Shown one piece after another: positions 1 to 12,329 of a stretch of 64,000 nucleotides of DNA. Under the pieces are notes generated by a model, which was given only the letters and a program-made list of their open reading frames with translations, was not told where the DNA came from and ran no database searches. The stretch lies in the NCBI GenBank assembly GCA_951406725.2, contig OX597820.1:3534001-3598000 (forward strand). Reading direction: 5' to 3'. Each line of letters opens with the position of its first letter. The first letter of the stretch is position 1. The stretch is from Octopus vulgaris. Taxonomy: Eukaryota. Position numbers and translations under genes: made by a program.

Positions 1-138
1 GCTCTGTGTCCCAAATGACAAAGGGATTATGAGAAGGGCAAGGTCCTGCGTGGGAAGAGACTGTGAAACCCATTCCAGAGAAGAAAAACAGACATAATGT
101 AATGAAGATGATGGAGAGAAAGATGGGATGCAACTTAC

Positions 139-481
139 TGAATCAATTAAAACAAATCCTTCTTTATTGCAGTTTTCTTCGTCATCATCGTCGTCGTCGT
201 CATCGTCATCACTGGTAGTGCCGTTTCCGTATTGTTGTAATAAGTGGTCTGAAACGGCCGGCTCACTTTCCGAGCTCGCTACCAGGTCTTCGGCTGCTGA
301 ATTGTGTGATATTGCTGAGGGACTACAACTCTGTTGGGGAGGTTTGTTAGCATTTTGTAAGAGAGTTATGAAGGGGATGTCCTCCATTGCATTGGAGCGA
401 GTTTTGTTCAGATTATAATGCAGATCACTGGCGAAAGCACCGACCACTCGTTCGTCAAGGTAGTCATTTTCTTTGTCAGAG
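139..481 (-). CDS. ATG13: ATG13 coding exon 4 (acidic tract and LIR motif); gene continues beyond window start
   Basis: Acceptor tctgttgcag|C completes GA+C=Asp. Translates SDKENDYLDERVVGAFASD...MEDIPFITLLQ...DDDDDDDDDDEENCNKEGFVLIDS (cf. human LIR DDFVMIDF). Donor TCA|GTAAGT; 343 nt. Absent from the ORF track because the frame runs off the window. Confidence 0.92.
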
Positions 482-857
482 CTGCAACAGATGCAGAAAA
501 CATTCACGATTAAGGACAAGAAATACAACTGCACAATAACGACAACAAGAAAAAAATCAATGACTTCTAATAGAAAATGTAATTCATATCAAAGGATAAA
601 GACTTATTGATCTTAATATGCATATTGATTGTATGAGAGAGAGAGAAAGAGAGAGAGTGTGTGTGTGTGCATGAGAAAGACCTTCACCTGACGGATGCTC
701 CTCCATGTGACATAAAACAGTGTCAAGATACAGAAATCCTTAACTTTTGCATGTAATAAATACAACTATTTGACAAAATGTATTGAATATTAATTTCTGT
801 TAATGAATGCAAATTAACATTATTGCATAAATATGGTGTGTGTGTGTTTACACAAAT

Positions 858-1260
858 AACAATAATAATGAAATTATTGTATACAGTGCTCAGGTGCACC
901 ACAACTTGTCAAAAGTGCGTATAAAGCATGTGCCTTAGTGTACAAATGTCTGGGAAGTGAACAGTGATTGAGTCAGATACATGCTTGCGTGTGTATGGAG
1001 GGGAGAAAAATCAGGTGTAGTGTTGGCGAATCTCAGAAAGCATGGAAGTTTTGAAGGATGCAGTGCTCCGACAACTAACAACTGATGCCGGCAGTCTGTT
1101 CCACGCTTCGGCAATTCTTAGCGTGAAAAAATGTTTCCGAAAGTCGTGGGCGCTGTGCTGTTTTCTGACTTTGGAAACATGTCCATGGGTGTTAGATGGG
1201 TGGAGTTTGACCCATCTAGGACTGCAGCAAAATACATTTGTTGAAGGTGCCATGCATTAA
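858..1260 (-). mobile_element. CR1/L2-group LINE 3' fragment
   Basis: HDFRKHFFTLRIAEAWNRLPASVVSCRSTASFK is a typical CR1-type ORF2 C-terminus, followed by a 3'UTR and (TTA) tail. Confidence 0.8.
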
Positions 1261-4194
1261 GATCAAGCCTGAACTGTGACACCAACAAACAAACAAACAT
1301 ACATACGTACGCACATACATAGACAGACAAAGACCATATCACACGCACACAAAACAACTGACGAACCAACAACTGAGAATCAACATTGTAACAACAACAA
1401 AAAAACGACCATCTTCACAAGATTGTAATTAGCAATTAACCGTTGAAAAGAAAATACATAAAGAGGACCACCTCCCTCCCCGCACACACTTAAATAGATA
1501 TATAAAATTTAAGTGAATACACATACATATATATACACACACACATACATATATGTACACATCATGGCTCATGCCAATGCTGCCTGACTGGTACCTGTGC
1601 TGGTGGCACATAAAAAGCACCGGTCAAGCATTGGGCCTCATGGAAGCAGTGGCAGGTGACCAAGACCCTTAGCAATAAACCGTGCTTATGTTGACCAGTC
1701 AAGCCAAGTGAGACCGTAGCCATGGCTGATACCAGTGTCATGTTGGTGGCACGTAAAAAGCACCCACACTTAAATAGATGTATGAAAAAAAAACTCTTTT
1801 GAAATACCCTAAGACACATGTCTGAATGATATTGCATTGGAGGGAAACTTTAAAAAAGAACAAAAGGAAGTGATCCAGTTTACCAGAACAATATATACTC
1901 TATAGCATAGATTGAGTACTTTCTCATGTGCAAGTGCGCATTGATGCACGTGTGCACACCAGTGTATACATGCAACCATTCATGTATGTAGCTGTACATC
2001 TATACACACACACACACACAACAAACATATCTAGACACTTATATCTCAAAGAATCCATCACCATTTAACTTCTGCTTTCCATGCTGGCATGGGTTGGATG
2101 GTTTGCTAGGAGCTGGCAAGGCTGGAGGGCTGCACTAAGCTCCAGTTGTCTGTTTTGGCATGACTTCTACAGCTGGATGCCCTTCCCAATGCCAACCACT
2201 TTTCAGAGTGTACTGGGTGCTTTTTTTACATGGCACCAGCACCAGTGCCTTTTAAGAATAGGGAGTCGTAAATTAACATTTAATGTTTATGAGAAAATAC
2301 TTCACAAAAACAACGGGATTGGATTCCTGGGAGTCAAACTTTATGTTAGATACTTATTTTCCAAAATAAACACATCTATCAACATTCAGATTATTCTTCT
2401 CCTCCTTACATTATCCATTTCCAGTTTGGATTCATTTGGTTTTCGGATCCATCAACTAATTTCAAAACGTTTTTTTTTCTAGTTATCTCCCTTGCTTCTG
2501 ATTGGTTGAGTTGAGCATCATTCAACAATGTTTACCCCTCAGATACTGCACTCACCAGATTAAGTATTTAAGTGTTTCCTTTTTTTATTTATAACTACCA
2601 GTAGTTTCTGATTTCTGATCTTGTGTACAAGAATGGATAAAAATTCCATGTACCAATTTAGCACCAACTGCTGCCATTTCACCCCTCTAGATGATGAAAC
2701 AGTTTGTAACCCACCAACCTATTGTGATTCCAATAGAGAAACTAAGAAGTGGGTTGCCCAAGCAATTCAGACAGAATAATTACAGAGTATTTTTGTTTGA
2801 CGCCCTGGCGTTTTTCTCACCAATATCTCTCGATGATTAAAGTGGCAAGCTGGCAGAATCGTTAGCACGTTGGGGGAAATGCTTAGCAGTATTTTGTCTA
2901 TCGTTATGTTCTGAGTTCAACTTTGCCTTTCGTCCTTTCGGGGTCAATTAAATAAGTACCAGTTATGCACTGGGGTCGATGTAATCGACTTAATCCCCTT
3001 GTCTGTCCCCCCTCTGTGTTTAGCCCCTTGTGGGCAATAAAGAAATAAATATCTCTCAATGATGCACACCTCACCATCCTCATTTAGCATCCATTTATCC
3101 AATCTTGCAGGAGTCAGAAGGAATTTGTTACGGCAGACTGGATGCCCTTCTTGTCACCCACGCTAATGTTAACATTTTTAATGTAGTGGTTATTGGACTG
3201 TGGCCATGCTGGGGCACCGTCTTGAAGGGTTTAAACATATCAATCCTAGTACATAAGTGGAACTTATTCTATCAGTCCCTTTCGTCAAACTGTTAAGTTA
3301 CAGGAACATAGACAAACCGACACCGGTTGTCAAGCAGTGTGAAGGAGACAAACACAAATGCACACTATATTTATACAAAAGGCTTCCACACAGTTTCCAC
3401 CAACCAAATTCCCTCACAAGGAATTGGCCAGCCTGGAGCTATAGTAGAAGACACTTGCCGAAAGTGTCACTCAGTAGGACTGAACCTGAAACCAGATGGT
3501 TGCAAAGACTTCCCTTTACTGCACTTACCAAAGTTGTGATAAGAGATTCCTCATGAAAACACACACCAAAGTATCCAGGTAGATGGGAAAAACTAATATA
3601 TTTTAAAAAATGAAATCTTTGATGCAACTCAAAGACACCATCTACAGGAAAATCAAGGGTTTAATTAGTGCTAACAGCATTAACTTAGGGATCAGTATAG
3701 AATGAGTGCCTGGTGGTGTTGTCAACCCTGATGAAATCGACCTGTCATCATCTGAACGAAGAGCAATAATTTGATTGAGATTTGTTTGTTTATATTGATG
3801 TTGTGGAGGGAGTTGATCCATCAACATCCTTGACGTTTATTGATCAGCAAACAGCAAAGGTGCATGGTGGTTAAGATATTGCACTAAAGATTGCAAGATC
3901 ACGGTTTCCGTCCCTAGTCTGGGCAGTGCATTGTGTTCCCAGGCAAAACACTTCATTTCACATTGCCACTCAGCTGTAAGCAAGCAGCTCTGTAAAGGAC
4001 TGACATCCTGTTTAAGGGGCAACGCTGTGATCTCGATCACTTATATGCTATGAACACCAGGTGACCAGTCCTATGTGGCCCAGAACTTGGGCCACTAATG
4101 TCCTAGGGTTGATGATTACGATGATAATAACACATTTCCTCAAAGTGGGAGGTTGCAGAAGGAAATTCACCTTTTGGTATTTCAGGCATATTCA

Positions 4195-4391
4195 TCCTTC
4201 AGCATTTAAATAGTCCATATCCAGCCTAAACATTTTACAAGATTTATGTTCAAACTGACCAGATCCGACCTATCACACCTACTCTACAATGTCAAATCTC
4301 AAAGCTGCAAGATATTTCAGGATTAATTCAAAACAATGGGAATTAAATAAGTATTATATTTGAGAGAGTCATGTGAATGCTGAAGGGTTAA
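4195..4391. mobile_element. Older TTAA/CCC-type MITE family
   Basis: CCTTCAGCATT...AATGCTGAAGGG|TTAA; related copies at ~37551-37730 and ~57950-58090. Confidence 0.55.
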
Positions 4392-6977
4392 GCGCAAGTC
4401 TATTCTTGTAAAACCAAATCTTATTTATTAACGAGTGGTGTTATATAATTAATAATCGTTTCAACTGCTGCTACACTGGCATTTTGTTTTCTTACTTCAA
4501 AAGAAGAATTAATTATACATTTTATCGTTAAAATATTTCCCACTAAATTTAATTTCAAATTGCTAATTAACTGTAGATTAAATCTTTGCCTTCTACTGTC
4601 AATTAACCATTCTGCCGTATTCTACTGAAGTTCTGACATCATTTACAAAGGCCATTATTTATTACAAAATCTTCAGACTGCGTTGAGTCAAAGGTTTTGC
4701 AACACTCCTCCACTGAAGCTGCTGCCTGCTCTTGGTTGATGCAAGCGCCTTGTAGTCTAAAATTAGGCAACCAAGAGCAAAAACAGGTTCTTGAAGCCAA
4801 TGAAAAACATTCAGTTAATCAAATACTCATTATTTTCCCATGGTATAACAGGTGCAGACCAGGCTGTGAAGCTTTCTTCCCAACCACATGGTTCCAGGTT
4901 CAGTCCCACTGCATGGCACCTTGGGCAAGTGTCTTCTGCTAGAGCCCCAGGCTGACTGAATCTTTGTGAGTGGGTTTAGTAGAGGGAAACTACAGGTGTG
5001 TATCTTAGCCTTAACAGCATATAATGATTGTGAACAAGCATCTTCATTATACAGGTGGAAAGACATGTCTGGGCAGCGGGGAAATATAACCTTCCTTGGA
5101 AACAGGTAAGGGTTAGTAATGTCATGATGATGATGATGATGATGATATATCTTCCATACACACACAACAGGCTACTTTCAGTTTCTGTCAAACAAATCCA
5201 CTCACGAGGCTTGCCCAAGCTCTCATGCAGTAGGACTGAACTCGTAACCATGTGGTTGGGAAGCAAACTATTTAACAATACAGCCATGTGTGTGTGTGTG
5301 TGTGTGTGTGTACATATAGCACACACACACATCCACTCATACCAGAAGAATGTAGAGTTCACAAAATGCCGCCATCTCAATCATAAGCCCTGCACTATTT
5401 TGGTTTACATGGTGATGAGCCTGGCCCAGAGATAACATTTATTAATGTCAGAACAGAAGTGTTTGTTTAGAAGTTTTTGTGCCACTTACATGAAACTTAA
5501 TCAAATAGCAGGTGAAAAACATAAACTACATCACATATGGAAGATTGGAGATAAACAATTTATCTCTCAAAGCAAAAAAGAAAAAAAAAGAGGAGAACGT
5601 GTGGTGTGACGGGGAGCGTGTAAGTGATGCAGGAGAGGAGGAAAAGCAGAGAGAGTATGATGCTGTTTGTTGTATGAAAGAGAGAATTGGGTAAAATGAA
5701 CAGAGAAGCAATTAAGTGTTACAAGGTGCACGCAAGAAGAGAGGAGATTCCGTGGCCTGTCCACGGAATGCATCAAGCTCTGTGAAAAGATGCCAAGAAT
5801 CGGTAACGGGGGTTACAGGTAATATATACAGACAAAAGTCTTTCATGAGGTCAGGTGAAAGATTCTAGGAAAGTTAATATTATATTATTGTGCTTAATTT
5901 AGCCATGATTGTTAGAGGAGAACCATATGAAAGTGATGACCAATAAAGATATCTTATGGTCAACAGGGTGATGGACACTGCCATGGTCAGTTGTCCAGGG
6001 ATAGGTGCAGGTACAGATTGTGGCCATGCTGGGGCATTGCTTTGAACAGTTTTAGTCAAAGAAACTGAACCCAGTACATACTGTTCTTTTTTTTGTTTTT
6101 GAAGACTGATATTTATTCTATTGGAAACTAAAGTTATAGGGACATAAACAAACCAACACTGGTTGTCAAGCAGTAAGGACGTTGGTGAACAACAGACACT
6201 AAGATACACACATGCATCTATGATGGGATTCCATAGGTGTAGGTATAAAAGGAACACAGAAGGAATTTAAATTTTGTGTGTGTGTGTACCAAGCATTGGC
6301 ATGGATCAGAATTATTGAAATAACTGCATTAAATCCATGCGTGAACTTCATATAACAAGAGTTGATAATGTTAGATTTGAACCAAGTCAGCACTTCTCAT
6401 AAAATACAGCTGAAAATTACTGATGTCTATCATGTGACCAAAATGAAAACATTGTCAAAATACAAACTGCATCGTTAAAAAAACAGGCTTTCATTAAAGA
6501 GAAATGCCCTGTATTTGGCAAATTAGGGAAACTGCATATCAAAATAAAACCCTATTTTTATGTATGAACAACCAGAAACAAAAAGGAACAATGACAATGA
6601 TGATGGCAGCCCTGTTGGTTTGAGAAGAACCTGGGCTGATTGTGATGTAGAACAGGACCAAAGCAGCATGAAGGTATCGTTCAAAGAACTCAATCTGCCG
6701 GAGGTGTTTATCTTTTCTTTACATTTCAACCAGATGTGAAGATATTAGTGTTATTGGAGAGATAACAGAACGATTCCGAGGAATTTACTCCTTTTCATAC
6801 TTTTAGGCACAGACAGATGTTTGGTTGTACAAACTGGAAAGATCTTAATTAAGCCTGATGAAAGCTAGGCATGAAAATATCAACCCCTGAATTATTGTGT
6901 GTGTGTACGCGTGTGTGTGTGCATGCGTGTGTGTGCACATGTGTGTATGCGTGCGTGTGTGTGTGTATATATGTATC

Positions 6978-7080
6978 ACTTCTTAATTTGAGTGGGGCAA
7001 TGCGGGCAGTTACTAAAGGAACATTACAAGCAATGTTCTTTTAGTTCCTGCTCACATTGCCCCCACTCAAATTAAGAAGT
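6978..7080. repeat. Long hairpin, 48/49-nt arms and 6-nt loop
   Basis: ACTTCTTAATTTGAGTGGGGCAATG...GAACATT-ACAAGC-AATGTTC...CATTGCCCCCACTCAAATTAAGAAGT. Confidence 0.92.
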
Positions 7081-7690
7081 AGGATAAAGCTCATTTGGAG
7101 CACTACAACTCCAGGCTGTATTATATTTGGAGTATTGTTATTACTAGCTATCTCAAGATATAACTGTGTATTTTGTATTTTATATATATATATAAAAAAT
7201 GATGTCTTAGGCAGAGTGATACAGCAATACTAATAACCAGTTGTTAGAACTCAATATACTTTTGCTTTAGCTCTGAGTGCACTGCTTTTCATAGCAGAAA
7301 CGGCTGTAAGTTGATGAAGGTTATTATGTAACTTCTACTATTTTGTCGTTCATTATATACATATATATAAAGTTACATGATAGGGACGCCAGCGTTAGGC
7401 AGTGGTGAGGACAAAGCATACAGTTTGCGCACTAGCGTAGCTACAGTGTGTGCTGCCCGGGGCGGCCCTTTTGTTTGCCACCGCCAGGCCCAAAAGTAGC
7501 GCCCTTTTAAAAGTGCCCCTTCTACCCACCCCCTAACTATGCTAGGGAGCTTGAGAGTCCAGGGCGCTTCATAACTGGCACCAATTTAAAAAGACTGGTT
7601 CCATATACAACATATTAAACCTGTTGATAGTGGGTGTTATTCCTTTGTTAAATAAACGTTCCTTCATTTTAGAATTATTTATTGCTAATA

Positions 7691-8063
7691 GGTGCAGGAG
7701 TGGCTGTGGGGTAAGTAGCTTGCTTACCAACCACATGGTTCCGGGTTCAGTCCCACTGCGTGGCACCTTGGGCAAGTGTCTTCTACTATAGCCTCGGGTC
7801 AACCAAAGCCTTGTGAGTGGATTTGGTAGACGGAAACTGAAAAAAGCTCGTCGTATGTGTATGTGTGTCTGCCCCCACCCCACCCCAACATCGCTTGACA
7901 ACCGACGCTGGTGTGTTTACGTCCCCGTAATCTAGCGGTTCGGCAAAAGAGACCTATATAATATGTACTAGGCTTACAAAGAATAAGTCCTGGGGTCGAT
8001 TTGCTCGACTAAAGGCATTGCTCTAGCATGGCCGCAGTCAAATGGCTGAAACAAGTAAAAGAA
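7691..8063 (+). mobile_element. SINE family 1 (tRNA-like head, CCTTGGGCAAGT CORE-like box, internal microsatellite, AGTAAAAG tail); representative copy
   Basis: More than 15 copies, e.g. 3195-3500(-), 14090-14420(-), 24366-24780(-), 29395-29670(-), 50200-50610(+), 57408-57570(+), 60295-60670(+), 60757-61323(-), 61325-61685(-). Source of the recurring 'YSRRHLPKVPRSGTEPGTMWL' pseudo-ORFs. Confidence 0.88.
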
Positions 8064-9698
8064 TATAAATTCTCATCTTTAAGGATAGTTTATTGCGTAA
8101 CAATAATCATTTAAAAACTGTAGTTTGTAAATGATATGGGTTCGAAAGTACCAACAGTGGTGGAAGAAGTACCAATAAAGGTAACACGGTGGATATATAA
8201 TACTTCGCTCTTCTACATTATCAGTTTTGGCAATTAAGGCCCATCAACAGCCATTAAACACAACAGCAACTCTCCTCACCCCCGCCCTCTGTACGTGTGA
8301 GTGTTGAGGGGGAGAGGGGAGGGAGAGAGAGAGAAAGAGAGAGGGGGGAGGGGATGGAGAGAGAGCGTCACATTCCAGCAGTTTCAGACAAACTTCTGTC
8401 AGCTCTCTACGCAGTCATAAATAACCTTTATACCTGGCTGCCTAAAAACTACTCTACCAAAGCTCCCCCTCTCTAACAAACACTTCGCCCTATACTAACC
8501 CCCAACACTACATCATGAAGCGTGACTTTTTAACCGTAGTAAAAAGCAACACACCCAGGAATGCGATGCCCCAGTAGCATTAAATATCCATTAGGGGCTT
8601 TCCCCAACTCGTTTAACTGAAAACCCCCACCTTTTCTCCACGGAGATAAATTCTATTCCTTGCAGCCTTATATCACTGAGTGCCACTGGTAGCTAAACCC
8701 CCCTCCCAACATCGTGGATAGGAGTTTTCTCGGCTGTCGAGAAAGCCACCCGTCTAGAAAGTTACCCAATTCATACCAGCCAAATGGTATTTCAAAAAAA
8801 AAAAGCTTTGCTCTAACCACACAGATCAGGGGTCCTCAACCAGGATCCATTGAAGAATTTGCTGTTAAACTTTTTCTACGGTAAATTGCTTATGCTTCCA
8901 CAAAGCACAAAATATTCCAACAGTATTTTTTTGTTTTATACAATCCTCACAAATATTTTTTATCATAAAAATTTGATAGGATTTTTTAAAGTCATCGAAT
9001 GTCTTTGAGGGTCCAACGGAGTTGATGTTGGTCTGTTTACATCCCGTGATATAGCGGTTCGGCAAAAATTTCCGACAGAAATAAGCACCGGACATTAAAA
9101 AGAAGGAAAAAAAAAGTGAAGTCAAATTGTTCATCTGAAACCCCTTCGAGGCGGTGTCACAGCATGGCCGCAGTCCAGGGGCCGAAACAATCAAACGATA
9201 AAGACATACACAGATGCTGTTTAACCTTCGGTCGGCCCCGTTTAAGTAGAACGATGGTCGAAGATACCCCAGCTGGGATGAAACCCCATCTATTTTAGCG
9301 CTATCCAGGACTGACCATTATCCAATATCCTTTCCTTACTCAAGACTAATAAGATAGATTTGAGAGAAGTGTGGCTCCATTTCTAGCAGGTCGAGCGACC
9401 ATGTTGAGGTTCCCCACCGAGATCTTCGTTTTTTATTATTATTAATTATTATTATATGTGCCAGATGACGGGGGAATGACGAGTCGTTGTGTAAGTGATG
9501 CAAGCGTGAGAAAACGGATGTAAAACTGACGACGATACATATGTATAATACATACATGTATGCGTGTGGGCACCTAACTAGGTTGTGGCTTTCGTTTCTT
9601 CTGCATGTGACGACCGGCTAAGGACATTTTAGAAAACTGCACGAGTGTGTATGTGTCCGCCCTACACCACCTACCCATTATATATATATATATATATA

Positions 9699-9949
9699 TA
9701 TTGGTAAAAACGGTAAGATAACAAAAGAAAGAAGGAGACCTCAATATTATGTAAATAGAGGAATTTATCTGTAAATATAATATGTGACAATTATTCGGTA
9801 GCCAAGATAAAAAAAACTGAGTTTCGGAAGCCGAGGTGGAGGACTCTACCGAATAATTATCACATATTATATTTACAGATAAATTTCCTCTATTTACATA
9901 ATATTGAGATCTCTTTCTTTCTTTTGTTGTCTTACCGTTTTTACCAATA
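9699..9949. repeat. Fold-back element, ~103-bp arms and 44-nt loop
   Basis: 9699-9801 is the near-perfect reverse complement of 9846-9949; flanked by (TA)n. Confidence 0.93.
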
Positions 9950-10004
9950 AATTACCTCCCGAACGACGCTATTCTTCACTAAGAGCTAATACAGCTTATT
10001 TTGG

Positions 10005-10047
<43 letters not shown>

Positions 10048-11263
10048 CACACACACACACACATTACTAATTTCTGTCATATATGAGGCGTAGAGTAATA
10101 ATTTAGATATGACAATATTTACCAGGAATAAATCTAACCAAGCAATTACAGTAAACGATCGTAACTTCTGTTATGTATTTATTTCGTTAATAATGATTGG
10201 GTGAGGAGGAGAAATGATAAAATGTATCGATTTCTTGGTAGCCATTTATTCCTTTTAATATCACGTGTGGAACCTTATTGGTTCTGGTGGAAGGAAAGGT
10301 GCGCTGGAGTGTCTGGAGATAAATATTGTCTTTTAGAATGGCAGAGGTGATCGGTTCACGTGGAAGACGAATTGCATGGAATGGTTTGTTTTATAGAGAA
10401 AAGAATACAGCAACAGAGACAAAATCTTTACCTTAAACTAGACGGAAATATTTACATAATTTATGTGTGTGGGTGCGTGCGTGTCTGTGTGTGAGTTTGG
10501 GTGCCTATTTGTGTGTATATGTATGTGTTTAATAAACATATGTATCCATATATATGTGTGTGTACATGTGGATATATAGATGGGTAGATAGATAGCTTTA
10601 TGTGTGTGTGTGAGTGTATAGTTGTAAATATTTACATAATTTACAGAAAATAAATTATTTATTAATATATTTTTCTATTACATTGTCCGTTGCCCCTTGA
10701 ACAAGAAAGGAACGTTTAAAATTTTACGCTGTTTCTTGTGTCGCAACAAAAACATGCGAAGAGGCAAAAACGGTGGACCCTAACACATTGTTGGTCTGAC
10801 TACGTTCTACGCAAACAAATAAAAAAAAAGGGGCTACAGGAACCGAAGAGGGAATCTCTGTCTGACCACTGAGGCCAAATTTATCTCAAATCACACGTTT
10901 AACCCTTCGCCTGCCCCGTGTCCATGCATCATACATGATAGACATTTACCATTTTGTTTTCAACCACAAGAGTAACATGAGACTTACGAAAGGAATGCTT
11001 TATATTACTGAGACCGTGTGAAACAAGCCCTGACCTGAACGTGTGTGTGTAAATGTTAAACAATGAGTGCTCAACATCGCAGTGGTGAATAAAATTTCTT
11101 TCTTTGAATATTAAGGCTACCATTGGTTTCATGTTTTAAGAAAATATGTAAATATCTTAATTTTCCAAGTCAATCACATGGAGGAATGGTGCATATATAA
11201 ACAACATGTTTTGGTTTTTTTTTTTTAGAAAAATATAAATCCGAAGAAGAAGTACAGTCTATT

Positions 11264-11374
11264 TTAATTACTGGTAAAGGTCGATTTATGGGGCTACTCT
11301 GGGTTTCTCGATATAAAGGGTACCTTTATGGCAAGAAACCCAGGGTAATCCTATAAATCGGCCTTCGCCAGTAA

Positions 11375-11378
<4 letters not shown>
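11264..11378. repeat. Palindrome, 56-nt arms and 3-nt loop
   Basis: TTAATTACTGG...ATAAAGG-GTA-CCTTTAT...CCAGTAATTAA; 10 differences between arms, no indels. Confidence 0.9.
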
Positions 11379-11428
<50 letters not shown>

Positions 11429-12292
11429 CACTTGGCTTATGGACTAATATATATATATATATAGGCACTTGGCTTATGGACTAACATCTAAAAAAGAAAT
11501 ATATGACCCGCCAACAAAACTAAATTAACTTTGCGCAATTAAAAGGTCTGGGTTAAACTTACGGAAATGATTTGGTCAGGTAAAGAGTTAATACAAACGA
11601 GGGACATTGTGGATCATGTAGTCCTAGGGAGACTGTGACTGGTAACACAAAAATAAAAGGCAGGTTAGTCACGGCTGGAATGCTTTTGATTATAGATATG
11701 TTGAATTGGGGCTGAGGTGGGAGTAAACGAAAATTTGCGGCAGTAAAGAAAAACCAAAAGGAAAACTAAAACCCAAGAGACATCAACGTTTTATGTAAAC
11801 AAACGCATCACGTGCATTCACCAACATGAGAGGTCCAAAGTTTGTAGGCGTCCATTTAGAGTTGATCCAGAAACGAGTATCTCAGACAATTTCGTACGTT
11901 ACGTTCTGAGTTCGAATCCAGTCGAGATCAACTTTGTCTTTGATCCTTCTGGGGCTGATAAAATAAAGTACCATTAAAGTACTGAGGTCGATTTCATCGC
12001 CTAACCCCCACCCCACCAAATTCCTGGCCTTGTGCCGATATAACAGACCATTTCTGCTTGTCCCCTTTTTTTTCTTTATCTCTTCTTATACAAAGGAACA
12101 CTTTATTACTGTACGTGACCATTCGAAGTGCTAGAAATAGCAGCTGAATCCCCTTCGAATCACTAGTAATTAAGTGTTGGTTTGTCTCAGTCCCATAATT
12201 TAAACATCTCTCATTGTCCAGTGCAGCAGAGAGAAGTTCGTTCTAATAAAAAGACACTGAAGCACAGAACATAAAATTGCCGCTTAGACGAA

Positions 12293-12329
<37 letters not shown>

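Noticed and set aside
128-418. Plus-strand 96-aa poly-Ser ORF
   Set aside because: Antisense shadow of ATG13 exon 4.
3642-3828. Coding-looking minus ORF (MLMDQLPPQHQ...) as an extra ATG13 exon
   Set aside because: Phase-compatible, but the acceptor lacks a polypyrimidine tract and the donor (GTCGAT) is weak. The four supported exons already place the LIR near residue 416, close to the expected position.
5700-5779. ttttcacag acceptor followed by ELDAFRGQATESP-like sequence
   Set aside because: The required phase 2 hits an immediate TGA, and there is no homology support.
6855-6885. CTGATGA...GAAA hammerhead-like strings (also at 13270, 23005 and 51203 minus)
   Set aside because: No stem II or stem I pairing.
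7691-7765. SINE heads as tRNA genes
   Set aside because: No complete cloverleaf; they continue into repeat bodies present in many copies.
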